Of a stretch of DNA of 31,706 bases, positions 17,266 through 25,959 are shown one piece after another. The notes under the pieces were generated by a model that made no database searches, was not told where the DNA came from, and worked only from the letters and a program-made list of their open reading frames with translations. A program made the position numbers and the translations under genes. Source of the DNA: a virus (lineage: Duplodnaviria > Caudoviricetes); IMG/VR virus record IMGVR_UViG_3300035492_000045, positions 1-31,706 of that record; one strand, 5' to 3'. How positions within the stretch are numbered: the stretch's first letter is position 1; every line of letters starts with the position of its first letter.

Positions 17266-18897
17266 TTACTTCCAGAGGCGGTCTCGGATATCTTGGAAAT
17301 ATTCTACCTTCATAATATTACCATTCAAGAATACTGTCTTTAGCTCACCTTGCTTTTCTTGTTCTGGCGTCTGTTGATCATATAATACAAAGTCGTCGCC
17401 TTCTTTCTCGACCCGCAATAAACCTTTAGCAGATTTCTTAGTACCATCATCCGTTTTAGGGTCTTTTGACAATTCGTACCATTTGCCGTTTACCTTAGCT
17501 GCTGTTGCCTTAACCGCCATACCAGCAGAATCGCGAGTTAGGTACTGACAAGTATAACTACCTACGCCTAACACAACGTTGGTAGAGGCGAAGCCTTTAT
17601 GTGCTAGACGCTCAAAGATTTGTTTAGCTCGTTCTAGGGTAATAGAATCACCATAAATCAATCCAACCCGTTCATGTAATTGCTTATAACCTTGCTCAGT
17701 AGTAGTTCCACCAAAGATTTCCCATAGACATTGAACAGCACCTTTCACTTCTGCTTCAGACATTACTTGACAAGCATCTACACGACCATCTAGTTGTTGA
17801 TACAGATGATACCACTTTCCTTGGATAAAGACAACCTCGGGTAGTTTATTAATATCCAAATAATCGTATCTTTGATGTACGTATTCAACTGAATCCCAGT
17901 TAATACCATCATGAAAATATCCAGTTAAAATCTTAACTGGGCAACCTGAATCGGGTCGGAATACAACTTTCGCTAATCCTAACTCATTCGGTTGACGGTT
18001 TAGAATGTCGTCTTTCAACTCTGTTGCAAAATCAATAACAACACGGAAGAAGTCTAGGGTATCTGAAATTATAGAGACAATACCTGTTGGATAGTCTTGA
18101 GTAATCCATTTACGGTAAGTTTCAAGTTCACAATTAACCGCAATACCAGTAGAAGCTAGGCTATGTTCACTTGCTGGAACACTCGTGCCAATAAATTCGG
18201 ATGAAAGATCCGCATCGTAATATTTCTTAACATCAACAATGGCTGGAATATTATCTGTGCCACAACTACTCAGCAGAAACGCACCTCCACAAGCAGCAGC
18301 ATCTTCTGTATTTGACATTCCACGGTAGCTGAAATCGTGGATTTGGAATTCTGTACCTGCAATAGAACCAGTGGTTGTTAGTGCCCATGTATTAGCCAGT
18401 TTACGGTATTCGTAAATGATGGTTGCTACAGTCGTAGGCTTCCATAACTCTGCGGATAACCATGTTTCTAAGTAGTTGGTTAACCAAGCAAAACGCGGAT
18501 GGGTGTTCTGAATTGTAAAGAATGGAACCTTAGAATTAACACGACTACCTTCCGGCAGAGCTTTGATTTCAATAGGTAAATAGCCCAAATTATGCAGCTC
18601 AATGAAATGATCCATCGGTACAGAGTCTTTACCTAAGTAAGCATCAAATACCATCTTGGTTTCTGCGATTACATCATCGCGATAACGAGAAAAGAAATTC
18701 TTATTCCACTCCGTAACTAGCTTACGTAACACTCGCTGTAAACCGTACCATACAACCTTACCATCATGGTCTTCTTTGTTGACTGGTAGATATTTGTTAG
18801 AGCGAGGTGTCATATTGGAATAAATGACTTCCGTACCATCGGTCATAAAACCTTTGTGACTTAATTTGTAACTGTCTGTCTTGAATAATGGGTTCAT
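17266..18897 (-). CDS. nadV: Nicotinamide phosphoribosyltransferase-like protein (probable Namat of NARP1)
   Basis: KTDSYKLSH, HDFSYRG, SVPASEHS, VFRPDSG, LIYGDSIT, GVGSY, KDPKTDDGTKKSAKG. Confidence 0.93.
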   Translation of the reverse strand: MNPLFKTDSYKLSHKGFMTDGTEVIYSNMTPRSNKYLPVNKEDHDGKVVWYGLQRVLRKLVTEWNKNFFSRYRDDVIAETKMVFDAYLGKDSVPMDHFIELHNLGYLPIEIKALPEGSRVNSKVPFFTIQNTHPRFAWLTNYLETWLSAELWKPTTVATIIYEYRKLANTWALTTTGSIAGTEFQIHDFSYRGMSNTEDAAACGGAFLLSSCGTDNIPAIVDVKKYYDADLSSEFIGTSVPASEHSLASTGIAVNCELETYRKWITQDYPTGIVSIISDTLDFFRVVIDFATELKDDILNRQPNELGLAKVVFRPDSGCPVKILTGYFHDGINWDSVEYVHQRYDYLDINKLPEVVFIQGKWYHLYQQLDGRVDACQVMSEAEVKGAVQCLWEIFGGTTTEQGYKQLHERVGLIYGDSITLERAKQIFERLAHKGFASTNVVLGVGSYTCQYLTRDSAGMAVKATAAKVNGKWYELSKDPKTDDGTKKSAKGLLRVEKEGDDFVLYDQQTPEQEKQGELKTVFLNGNIMKVEYFQDIRDRLWK

Positions 18898-18911
18898 ATT
18901 GTTTCTCCTAA

Positions 18912-19799
18912 TTAATATTCAGCGTAAACATAACCATCGTTGAAGTTTTCAACTTCTTCGGCAGTAATATACTTGCCTGCGATTTGATAGTAAAGCAAAT
19001 TATCAATAACGCCTAGGAAAGGATCTAAACGCTTCGATGCAATAAGATGTGTTACATATAAGTCCACCTGCGTTGCACCTAACTGGCGTAGTCGTAGGGC
19101 TAATGGAATGAACGTACCGCCACCATCCAATATATCATCCGCGATTAAAACCTTTTTATCAGTTAAATCTTCGGCAGTGTCTAGGTTTGTTTCTAAAATT
19201 CTACCGTTCGACGGATCGCGTTTCTTTGTTGCGGTGATTATGGGTATATCTAGTAGTTCGGCAATCTTGCTTGCCTTTTCTACCGCGCCATTATCTGGAG
19301 CAATCACATAGTCATATTGTTGTATATCAATGAACATATCAAAGAAACAACTTGCTTGAGATTTCACCGAAATTTCGCCTCCTTCAACCAACAGATGTTC
19401 ATACATCAATTGACGCACCTTGTCATTCAATACATGGGGATCAGTCAAGAACACTGTATCAAACTTAAACTGAATACCAGTCAAGAAACTTCTTAAAGGG
19501 TGAGGATTGCCTTCTTCGAAAATGCGCTCTGCTCTGGCATAAGGTAGGTACTTGAAATTAATACCACTACGGAAATCATGAGTACGAGTAATTTTACCTG
19601 CGATCATCATATTCACCATAGCATCACCTAGCATATTAATGTAGTGTGCTACCATAGAACAAGGTAAACTAGGATCAATGACAATCACTTGAGTAAATAC
19701 TTTTGACTCGTAAGGTGGAATTTTACAAGTAATAGCACCGTCACTAAACTTGTGCCATTTTACGTTAATTATTTCACCATTGAATATCAGTCTGATCAT
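18912..19799 (-). CDS. prs: Ribose-phosphate pyrophosphokinase-like protein (probable Adps of NARP1)
   Basis: FSDG, YLPYARAER, DPH, IAPDNGA, K.RD, LIADDILDGGGTF, LYVTH. Confidence 0.9.
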   Translation of the reverse strand: MIRLIFNGEIINVKWHKFSDGAITCKIPPYESKVFTQVIVIDPSLPCSMVAHYINMLGDAMVNMMIAGKITRTHDFRSGINFKYLPYARAERIFEEGNPHPLRSFLTGIQFKFDTVFLTDPHVLNDKVRQLMYEHLLVEGGEISVKSQASCFFDMFIDIQQYDYVIAPDNGAVEKASKIAELLDIPIITATKKRDPSNGRILETNLDTAEDLTDKKVLIADDILDGGGTFIPLALRLRQLGATQVDLYVTHLIASKRLDPFLGVIDNLLYYQIAGKYITAEEVENFNDGYVYAEY

Positions 19800-19803
19800 T
19801 TTA

Positions 19804-20079
19804 TTATCTCCGATTCAAAACATAGGCTAAAGGTAAAAACACGAACCCAATAGAACCTGGTAACATAGCAGCAACCCTACGATCTTTATTACACTGAGGT
19901 GAATAAATTTCATAATGGCCTAAGATAGTCCTTTTAGTTGGAATACTAGGACCAACATAGATACTGACATGATCAGGAACAAGAATTGACCAGTAATAGT
20001 CTTGATAGACAACTGCTCTATCTTTCGGGACAATAATTTGGTCGATTGGGATATGAATGTATTTCGATAAGTCTACCAT
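19804..20079 (-). CDS. Hypothetical protein
   Basis: GAGG RBS; first gene after the promoter cassette; SPQCN motif. Confidence 0.7.
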   Translation of the reverse strand: MVDLSKYIHIPIDQIIVPKDRAVVYQDYYWSILVPDHVSIYVGPSIPTKRTILGHYEIYSPQCNKDRRVAAMLPGSIGFVFLPLAYVLNRR

Positions 20080-20091
20080 AATATAAACCTC

Positions 20092-20150
20092 ATTTCACTT
20101 TACTTTCTACATGATAAAAGAAAAGGCTCTTATTGTCAAGAGCCTTTTTC
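20092..20150 (-). promoter_or_regulatory. Terminator/early-promoter cassette, copy B
   Basis: AAAAGGCTCT-loop-AGAGCCTTTT hairpin containing TTGACA, 17 nt to TATCAT, then GTAAAGTGAAAT. Confidence 0.85.
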
Positions 20151-20165
20151 ATATTTTAGGTTCGA

Positions 20166-21122
20166 CTATAACCCTTGTGCCAGTTTACGGAATTGGGCAA
20201 GAACGTCGTCCTCTTCCTCTTCTTCCATTGGCTCATTGTTTGTAACAGACTTGCTAGGCTCAGGTGAAGGTTCCTGTGCTTGTGCTAAGTTTGACTGTTC
20301 TTGTAAACGATTTGCTACGGCTTCTGCGGGGTCACCCGCTTCTAACGCATTGTGAGCTTCGCCTGTCACTTTCTTGAAACGCTCAGCCAGTTCTTCGAAA
20401 GGTTTGACCTTAATAAATTCGTTCAGGTCATACGTTTGGTTGAACACCGCTTCACGAGCTTCATCAGAATCCAGGAATTCACTTTCTTTGTCAAACTCAC
20501 TGTTTTCGTAATTAGGAACAACCACTTTCTGGCCAGTTCGAGAATCGGGGATTTCCTTGCCCACGATTTTGATTTTGAAGTTCGCACCAGTCCACATATC
20601 GAACGGGTCCATTGGTGTATCATCTTCAAACTCAGGTTTAGCTACTTGTTCGATCATTTTAAAAATCTGAGGACCGAACTCGTAGATCATTACCTTACCT
20701 TCATTTTCAGGATTGACAGTATCCTTAATCACGTAGACGTTAGCATAATACTTGGTGTTGCGTTTACGTTTACGAGCAACGTTTTTGAACGCTTCATTAC
20801 CTTCGGCTTCACCCTTCTTCCAATACAGAGTATTGGAAATGCCTACTGGATCTTCTTCACCAATAGTTGAACGGCTGTTCTCAATATACCACTGACCATT
20901 GTGGTTAAAGGAATGACTAAAAACACGAACGAACGGGTCACTTGCTTTGGATGGGAGGAATCGGATTACAGCGTAACCTTTCCCTTCATTTTTGTTGAAC
21001 CCTGGCTTGTATAAACGATCATCTTTTTGACCGCCACCGCCTTTGTTCATTGATTCTAACTTCTCAGTTAGTGCAGCTAATGTAGAACCTTTGTTTTTCT
21101 TTAACTTACTAAAATCAACCAT
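20166..21122 (-). CDS. 32: Single-stranded DNA-binding protein, T4 gp32-like
   Basis: GYAVIRFLP, WYIENS, YYANVYVIKD..NPENEGKV, PFD.W.GANFK.K, acidic C-tail. Confidence 0.95.
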   Translation of the reverse strand: MVDFSKLKKNKGSTLAALTEKLESMNKGGGGQKDDRLYKPGFNKNEGKGYAVIRFLPSKASDPFVRVFSHSFNHNGQWYIENSRSTIGEEDPVGISNTLYWKKGEAEGNEAFKNVARKRKRNTKYYANVYVIKDTVNPENEGKVMIYEFGPQIFKMIEQVAKPEFEDDTPMDPFDMWTGANFKIKIVGKEIPDSRTGQKVVVPNYENSEFDKESEFLDSDEAREAVFNQTYDLNEFIKVKPFEELAERFKKVTGEAHNALEAGDPAEAVANRLQEQSNLAQAQEPSPEPSKSVTNNEPMEEEEEDDVLAQFRKLAQGL

Positions 21123-21141
21123 TTTTAAACACCTTTAAGAT

Positions 21142-21708
21142 TTATTTAACGACATTGAATTTGTCAAGTGCAACTTGCCTTAATAGATTAATAGTATCTA
21201 CGCTCAGGTACATAGAGAAAAACCGTTTGTCAAAATCGACTTTGGCTTTGAACTTTTCGTACACGAACGGCTCATTGCTGACAACTTTATTTAGTGTGGG
21301 AATTACTAAGAACATCACTACAATCGTTTCATAATCTATTTTATTATTCTGGTATTCCTCATACAATCTTGGCAGAACAACTCCTTGTCCATGTAGATCC
21401 TTAAAGTCCCTGAAACGCGCCAATGCTTCAGGGAAATCTATTTTAATATGTTCTAGCTTCATAATAAAGGCCTTGTGGTTAGGTCTTATAGAAGCTATCT
21501 TAGGTTTGAAACTACCATTCAAGAATGTAGGGTAATAGAATTTCACTAATTCATTTACGGTGGGATATTCGCGTTCTATTGCAGCAAACTGCCATTTGAA
21601 CGGTATCTCATCAGTCTTAATCTTTTTACGAAAACCATACTTCCAACCATCATAACCTTTTTTCATAAAGTGGAGTTGCATGGCTTGAAATACTTCAAAC
21701 GCTAACAT
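21142..21708 (-). CDS. 59: Helicase loader, T4 gp59-like
   Basis: AM.LHF....YD..KY N-terminus, I.YET; conserved 33-59-32 gene order. Confidence 0.75.
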   Translation of the reverse strand: MLAFEVFQAMQLHFMKKGYDGWKYGFRKKIKTDEIPFKWQFAAIEREYPTVNELVKFYYPTFLNGSFKPKIASIRPNHKAFIMKLEHIKIDFPEALARFRDFKDLHGQGVVLPRLYEEYQNNKIDYETIVVMFLVIPTLNKVVSNEPFVYEKFKAKVDFDKRFFSMYLSVDTINLLRQVALDKFNVVK

Positions 21709-21930
21709 TTACATCAACCTTACGACATTAGAGTTTTTCATAAGACCACGTTCTTCGGCTTCTCTTTGAATGGCATCAATAATCTTTTTATTCAACATTT
21801 TCACAATGTCTTCAATTTCATGATCAGATTCACTATAGAAGTCCGTGATGGTATCAGTATAACTATCAAAGCCTTTTTCTTCTTTTAGTTTTTCAATATG
21901 AAGGCTAAATTCATTTGCATCTTTAAACAT
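21709..21930 (-). CDS. 33: Late-transcription coactivator, T4 gp33-like
   Basis: FSLHIE...Y.D.I......EIE...K...I...IQREAE; start at 21930 behind GGGAG; synteny. Confidence 0.85.
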   Translation of the reverse strand: MFKDANEFSLHIEKLKEEKGFDSYTDTITDFYSESDHEIEDIVKMLNKKIIDAIQREAEERGLMKNSNVVRLM

Positions 21931-21932
21931 TG

Positions 21933-22448
21933 CTACTCCCAGGTACGACAAGCTCTTAATAGTTTAACATAAGAGGAGATTGATTTATAGTATTGTTCCG
22001 CTTTACTTTTGGATTGTTTATCTCTTCTCCAACGATAACCTTCATTGTAAGACATTATCATTTCTTTATAACTACCCCTATCAAAATGGCTAAGGGTCAT
22101 TAAAGCAAGCGTAGCATTCAAGTCATGGTTATGAATTAACTTTTCTGCTAATTCCAGTTTTTCGTAATAACCAGTGACACCTAACTCTTTGGCTGCGGTT
22201 TCTATGTTGATTTGAAACAGTCCAAAATCTTTGCTATGGTAATTGACTTTCCATTTACCAGCATTGGATTCATGTAAAGCAATAGCCATCATCGTAAGCT
22301 GTAATCCATGGTGCGCGCCGTGATTATAAGCAATTCGAAGATTATGTCTTTGCCAGTTTTCTAGTTGATTTAGATCCTTACAAGTTTTATACGAATTCGC
22401 ATTCACACCTAAGCTCACGGTAAGTAATATCATAGCAAATAATTTCAT
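21933..22448 (-). CDS. SLT/lysozyme-like domain protein with signal peptide (T4 vs.1-like)
   Basis: IALHES, DFGLFQIN, SYNEG motifs; N-terminal signal sequence. Confidence 0.8.
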   Translation of the reverse strand: MKLFAMILLTVSLGVNANSYKTCKDLNQLENWQRHNLRIAYNHGAHHGLQLTMMAIALHESNAGKWKVNYHSKDFGLFQINIETAAKELGVTGYYEKLELAEKLIHNHDLNATLALMTLSHFDRGSYKEMIMSYNEGYRWRRDKQSKSKAEQYYKSISSYVKLLRACRTWE

Positions 22449-22456
22449 AGGCTTCC

Positions 22457-23179
22457 TTAGAGTTTAAAGAACATACTACGCTTTATATCTGTTCGATTGT
22501 AATACGCATCTACTAAAATGTCAAGTTCGGATTCTAATGGCTCTAGTTTGAATTTAAACATATCAGAGTTCATAGCACGAAAGTTGCCTACTATTAAAAT
22601 ACCATGTGATGGTTTAGGTAGTTGAGGGAACATTTTATGAAAAGCCCTACCATAACCAGTTGCTTGTAGCATATATTTGTAGAGTTTCTTTCGAGAGTAG
22701 TCTTTATTGAGATCTATTGCGCTACGGGAATTCTTGTGGTCCACTATACATAAATCACCTTGATGGAAAGCGATACAATCCACTCTACCAGCATATTTGT
22801 CATCTACGTTATACAGAGCTTCCTCTATTGCTACAATCGGTCCTAGTTGATCTAAGAAGCGTTTAGAGCGATTGAATAAAACAGCACCTGGGCCTTTTAC
22901 ATCGGATCTTGACAATTCGTTTTTAAGATATCTTTCGGAAAGGTCATGTAGACTATTACCGCGTTTTATGGCTTCTGCCACAATACGTTCGGCCTCTTCT
23001 TCGCCTACCGCTTGTTTCCAGTTATCAATACCACCGTCGTCTAAAATACCTAACATAGAAGTCATTGACGGTAACTTAATATCATCACTGATCTTATAAA
23101 GACGGGTTTCCCCTTCTTCAGTTTCAATTTCTTTAAAGGGAAGGTCTAACCATTCAAACGTTTTAAAATTAAGACTCAT
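22457..23179 (-). CDS. PD-(D/E)xK exonuclease
   Basis: PSMTS.L, RG..LH...E, AGRVDCIA, IVDHKNS, Q...Y motifs. Confidence 0.85.
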   Translation of the reverse strand: MSLNFKTFEWLDLPFKEIETEEGETRLYKISDDIKLPSMTSMLGILDDGGIDNWKQAVGEEEAERIVAEAIKRGNSLHDLSERYLKNELSRSDVKGPGAVLFNRSKRFLDQLGPIVAIEEALYNVDDKYAGRVDCIAFHQGDLCIVDHKNSRSAIDLNKDYSRKKLYKYMLQATGYGRAFHKMFPQLPKPSHGILIVGNFRAMNSDMFKFKLEPLESELDILVDAYYNRTDIKRSMFFKL

Positions 23180-23194
23180 GATTTAACTTAAAAG

Positions 23195-23238
23195 TTGGCT
23201 CAATGTCTTAGTTTAAATGACATTGAGCCAAATGTCAA
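23195..23238 (-). promoter_or_regulatory. Early promoter with its -10 box in the loop of a 13-bp perfect inverted repeat
   Basis: TTGACA (23233-23238)-17 nt-TAAACT (23210-23215); arms 23195-23207 and 23219-23231. Confidence 0.7.
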
Positions 23239-23973
23239 TTAGACTTCGTTCGCAATCATTTTCAACATCTGTTTACATAACGCTGAACGAACACAATCAT
23301 GCATACGGTATTCTACAATGTCAAAAGGCATTTGCTGGGCTCTAAACTGTCGAACTAACCATGACAACCCGTTTTCTTGTTTCTCGTCTAAATCGCATTG
23401 AGAAACGTCGCCGCTAATGAAAACCTTGGTGTTAATACCAATACGAGTTAGAATCAACTTAATTTCTTTGACTGTAAGGTTCTGCGCCTCGTCAATTAAA
23501 ATAACTGCATTATCATAAGATTCGCCCCTCATGAAGTTAATCGGTTCGGCTAGGATATTCTTACCTAAATCACATTGTAATTTGTTTGAACCAATCCTAT
23601 CCGAGATGCCTTTCATAAAAGGTTTGATATAAGGTGCGTACTTTTCATCAATATCACCTGGAAGAAAACCTAACTTCTCACCTGCCTCTACTGCTGGCCG
23701 GGTTAGAATCAGTTGACGAATGTGTTTTTGTGAATACAACTCTGCTGCAACTGCTGCCGAAAGATATGTTTTACCTGTACCAGCGGGACCAATAGCCACC
23801 ACAATATCATCATGAAGTAAAGCATCTAGGTGGGATTGCTGTGTATCTGTTAGAGCTTCAAGAGGTTTATTCGAAGGGTGCCTAAATGGCATTTGATAGA
23901 CGTTGTTTTCGGTTTGCATTTCTACTTCACGATATTGTTTTGCTTCACGTTTGGCTCTGTTATTTCTTGACAT
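23239..23973 (-). CDS. phoH: PhoH-like ATPase
   Basis: GPAGTGKT, LTRPAVEAGEKLGFLPG, FMRG, IDEAQN, LTRIG, GD..Q.D. Confidence 0.96.
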   Translation of the reverse strand: MSRNNRAKREAKQYREVEMQTENNVYQMPFRHPSNKPLEALTDTQQSHLDALLHDDIVVAIGPAGTGKTYLSAAVAAELYSQKHIRQLILTRPAVEAGEKLGFLPGDIDEKYAPYIKPFMKGISDRIGSNKLQCDLGKNILAEPINFMRGESYDNAVILIDEAQNLTVKEIKLILTRIGINTKVFISGDVSQCDLDEKQENGLSWLVRQFRAQQMPFDIVEYRMHDCVRSALCKQMLKMIANEV

Positions 23974-24016
23974 AAAATCAACCTTATGTTGTTGGAAAGA
24001 GCGATACTAAAAACAA

Positions 24017-24051
24017 AAAGCCCCTAGCGACCGAAATCGACTAAGGGCTTT
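24017..24051 (-). terminator. Long UUCG-capped terminator-like hairpin upstream of phoH
   Basis: AAAGCCCTTAGTCGAT-TTCG-GTCGCTAGGGGCTTT followed by TTGTTTTT. Confidence 0.75.
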
Positions 24052-24119
24052 AAAATATCAATTTTCTAGAAGATGTCTAATCATTAGATCTTGTCCAGAC
24101 TTTTTATTAGTATCAAGAC

Positions 24120-24127
24120 TATTTAGT
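24120..24127 (-). promoter_or_regulatory. Late promoter variant ACTAAATA
   Basis: Same octamer as at 8001 and 25907; overlaps the stop of the upstream gene. Confidence 0.55.
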
Positions 24128-24390
24128 TACCTGATGTTATGTGAAAGTCTATCACCGTCGGCTTTTGGGATTTTCTTTCTAATTTCTTTCAGTCTGTCAT
24201 TGAAACTGTCAGTTGTTTTCAGTGAACCTTTCGCAGAGTAGCAAATATTAGGCGCAGAAATGGTATACTTCAATTCTGTTTTACCGCATTCAGGGCAAGG
24301 TTCTTTTTCGGGGTCAAGTCTATTGTCATACTTTCTACTCGATTCAAAAGTATGATCGCATGACTGGCAATGGTAATCATATAAAGGCAT
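24127..24390 (-). CDS. FmdB-family zinc-ribbon protein
   Basis: MPLYDYHCQSC...PCPECG...F.D.L..I; start at 24390 via TAATG overlap. Confidence 0.85.
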   Translation of the reverse strand: MPLYDYHCQSCDHTFESSRKYDNRLDPEKEPCPECGKTELKYTISAPNICYSAKGSLKTTDSFNDRLKEIRKKIPKADGDRLSHNIR

Positions 24391-24554
24391 TACAACCATC
24401 CCATACGAGTTAGAATAAACTCAATTGACAAATACCATGACCAAAATGGAATTAAACAAAACAGAGTGGACCAGAATCCTTTTGCTACAACAAACCCCAT
24501 GATCCATAATAGAAACATAGCAGTTTGGGTTAACGAATACAATGCATCTTTCAT
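24390..24554 (-). CDS. Small membrane protein, 54 aa (not in ORF track)
   Basis: MKDALYSLTQTAMFLLWIMGFVVAKGFWSTLFCLIPFWSWYLSIEFILTRMGWL; AAGGA RBS; fills the gap exactly. Confidence 0.8.
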   Translation of the reverse strand: MKDALYSLTQTAMFLLWIMGFVVAKGFWSTLFCLIPFWSWYLSIEFILTRMGWL

Positions 24555-24557
24555 ATT

Positions 24558-25889
24558 TTAATCCTTAATAGCGTTTAACAATTCAACGAATGAATCATGT
24601 TGTTCAACAATACGTTCGTAAGAGTCTGCTTCGGTTTTATCATTTCTTACTTCAATGAAACGAGGTAAGAATAGTGAATAAACTTCCAGATTAGACTGGT
24701 TTTGAACAATGTCATTTGACCGTACAGTGATAATTTTACCAATCATATCTTCTGTATATAGTTTAACACGATCTTCGTCCTTATAACCACCACCAGCGGA
24801 AACTTGAACTTTACCATCACTTGACTGACATAGTAAAGCACCTAAACGACCTACGTTTTTACCAGTGCCTTCTTTAATACCAACGACTTCTAATTCAACA
24901 TCAAATTCCACTTTACATTTGATTTGATCTTTAGAAGTACCAGGTTTCCAATGACCCTTCATGTTCTTGATCACAGTACCTTCTTTTCCTGCTAACAGTT
25001 TCTCTTTAAAGTGTGCAATGATCTCTTCGGTGGATTTAATAACCTTAGTATCAACCAACCGTAACAGGCTTTCTTTAGGCGCATTGTCAATGACCTTCGT
25101 TAGAGCGCCTAAACGATTTGAGTATTCAACCTTACATAATTTCTTCTTGTAGTCACTTAAAGGAACCATGTCCCATAATACAAATGCAACTAACGAAGGG
25201 TCAATTGAATCTGAGTTCAAGTAACCGTTACCTGCCGTTCTTGCTAGGTATTCACCCGTTACAGGGTCAATTACCAGTGCTTCACCTTGTAAGACATAAT
25301 TGTTAGCATTTGCGGCTAAATAAGTGTCTCGTGTATGGTCGGAGAGTTGAATAAAACTACCATTACGAGTACGATAAGTGACCTTACCACTTTCCACAGT
25401 AATGTCAATATATAATCCATCTTCTTTAGTTTGACTAAAGCAAGGCTTTTTAATATGAGCCAACGACTTTTGGTTTAAACCCGAGCAACGCATATATGGA
25501 TGTTCGTAAATCAGTCCAGGCCAGATTTTGTTAATGGTTTTATGGCTGACACCGCATTTCAAATCACGTGAAATAATACGGTTCAACACTTCAGCATCAT
25601 CTTCACTTAATTGCTCATCTAAAGCAGTCAAGAAATGAATTGCCGCGTTGCCTGTCAAAATGCGGGAAGACAGATTGTTTAATTGCTGAACCGCGTCCAT
25701 CAAGGACAATGACCCTTTATGAGATTCTACTCTTGGGTATTTCCTTACAAAGAAATCAATCGAAGGCGACATTGTTAATACCGCAATATCTTGAAAATCC
25801 TGTAAGGCTTTCCCTGTCAAAGAAGTTAATTTCTCTTCTTTAAAAGTGCGACTCGAGTTACTTGCTAATTCATTTAAAAATTCTAACAT
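24558..25889 (-). CDS. 30: ATP-dependent DNA ligase, T4 gp30-like
   Basis: RDLKCG, KEDG (KxDG), LQGE, EGTVIK, C-terminal OB fold with SLFLPRF...R.DK. Confidence 0.95.
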   Translation of the reverse strand: MLEFLNELASNSSRTFKEEKLTSLTGKALQDFQDIAVLTMSPSIDFFVRKYPRVESHKGSLSLMDAVQQLNNLSSRILTGNAAIHFLTALDEQLSEDDAEVLNRIISRDLKCGVSHKTINKIWPGLIYEHPYMRCSGLNQKSLAHIKKPCFSQTKEDGLYIDITVESGKVTYRTRNGSFIQLSDHTRDTYLAANANNYVLQGEALVIDPVTGEYLARTAGNGYLNSDSIDPSLVAFVLWDMVPLSDYKKKLCKVEYSNRLGALTKVIDNAPKESLLRLVDTKVIKSTEEIIAHFKEKLLAGKEGTVIKNMKGHWKPGTSKDQIKCKVEFDVELEVVGIKEGTGKNVGRLGALLCQSSDGKVQVSAGGGYKDEDRVKLYTEDMIGKIITVRSNDIVQNQSNLEVYSLFLPRFIEVRNDKTEADSYERIVEQHDSFVELLNAIKD

Positions 25890-25906
25890 AAGAGTTTCCT
25901 TTGTTC

Positions 25907-25914
25907 ACTAAATA
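25907..25914 (+). promoter_or_regulatory. Late promoter variant ACTAAATA for the tail gene
   Basis: Octamer about 60 nt upstream of the ATG at 25976. Confidence 0.6.
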
Positions 25915-25930
25915 TGAGTTATATAGTCAC

Positions 25931-25959
25931 AGTTTATACAGAGTTAGAGTGATTGTCAA
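25931..25959 (-). promoter_or_regulatory. Sigma70-type early promoter for DNA ligase
   Basis: TTGACA-17 nt-TAAACT. Confidence 0.8.

Noticed and set aside
20352-20870. 172-aa plus-strand ORF and other short ORFs nested in or antisense to recognised genes
   Set aside because: They overlap well-supported genes and show no recognisable motifs
21123-21141. T4-style gene 32 autoregulatory pseudoknot leader
   Set aside because: Only 19 nt separate the gp59-like stop and the gp32 start; no such structure is evident
22457-23179. Exonuclease as Cas4 of a CRISPR system
   Set aside because: Lacks the four-Cys Fe-S pattern; no array or other cas genes in the window
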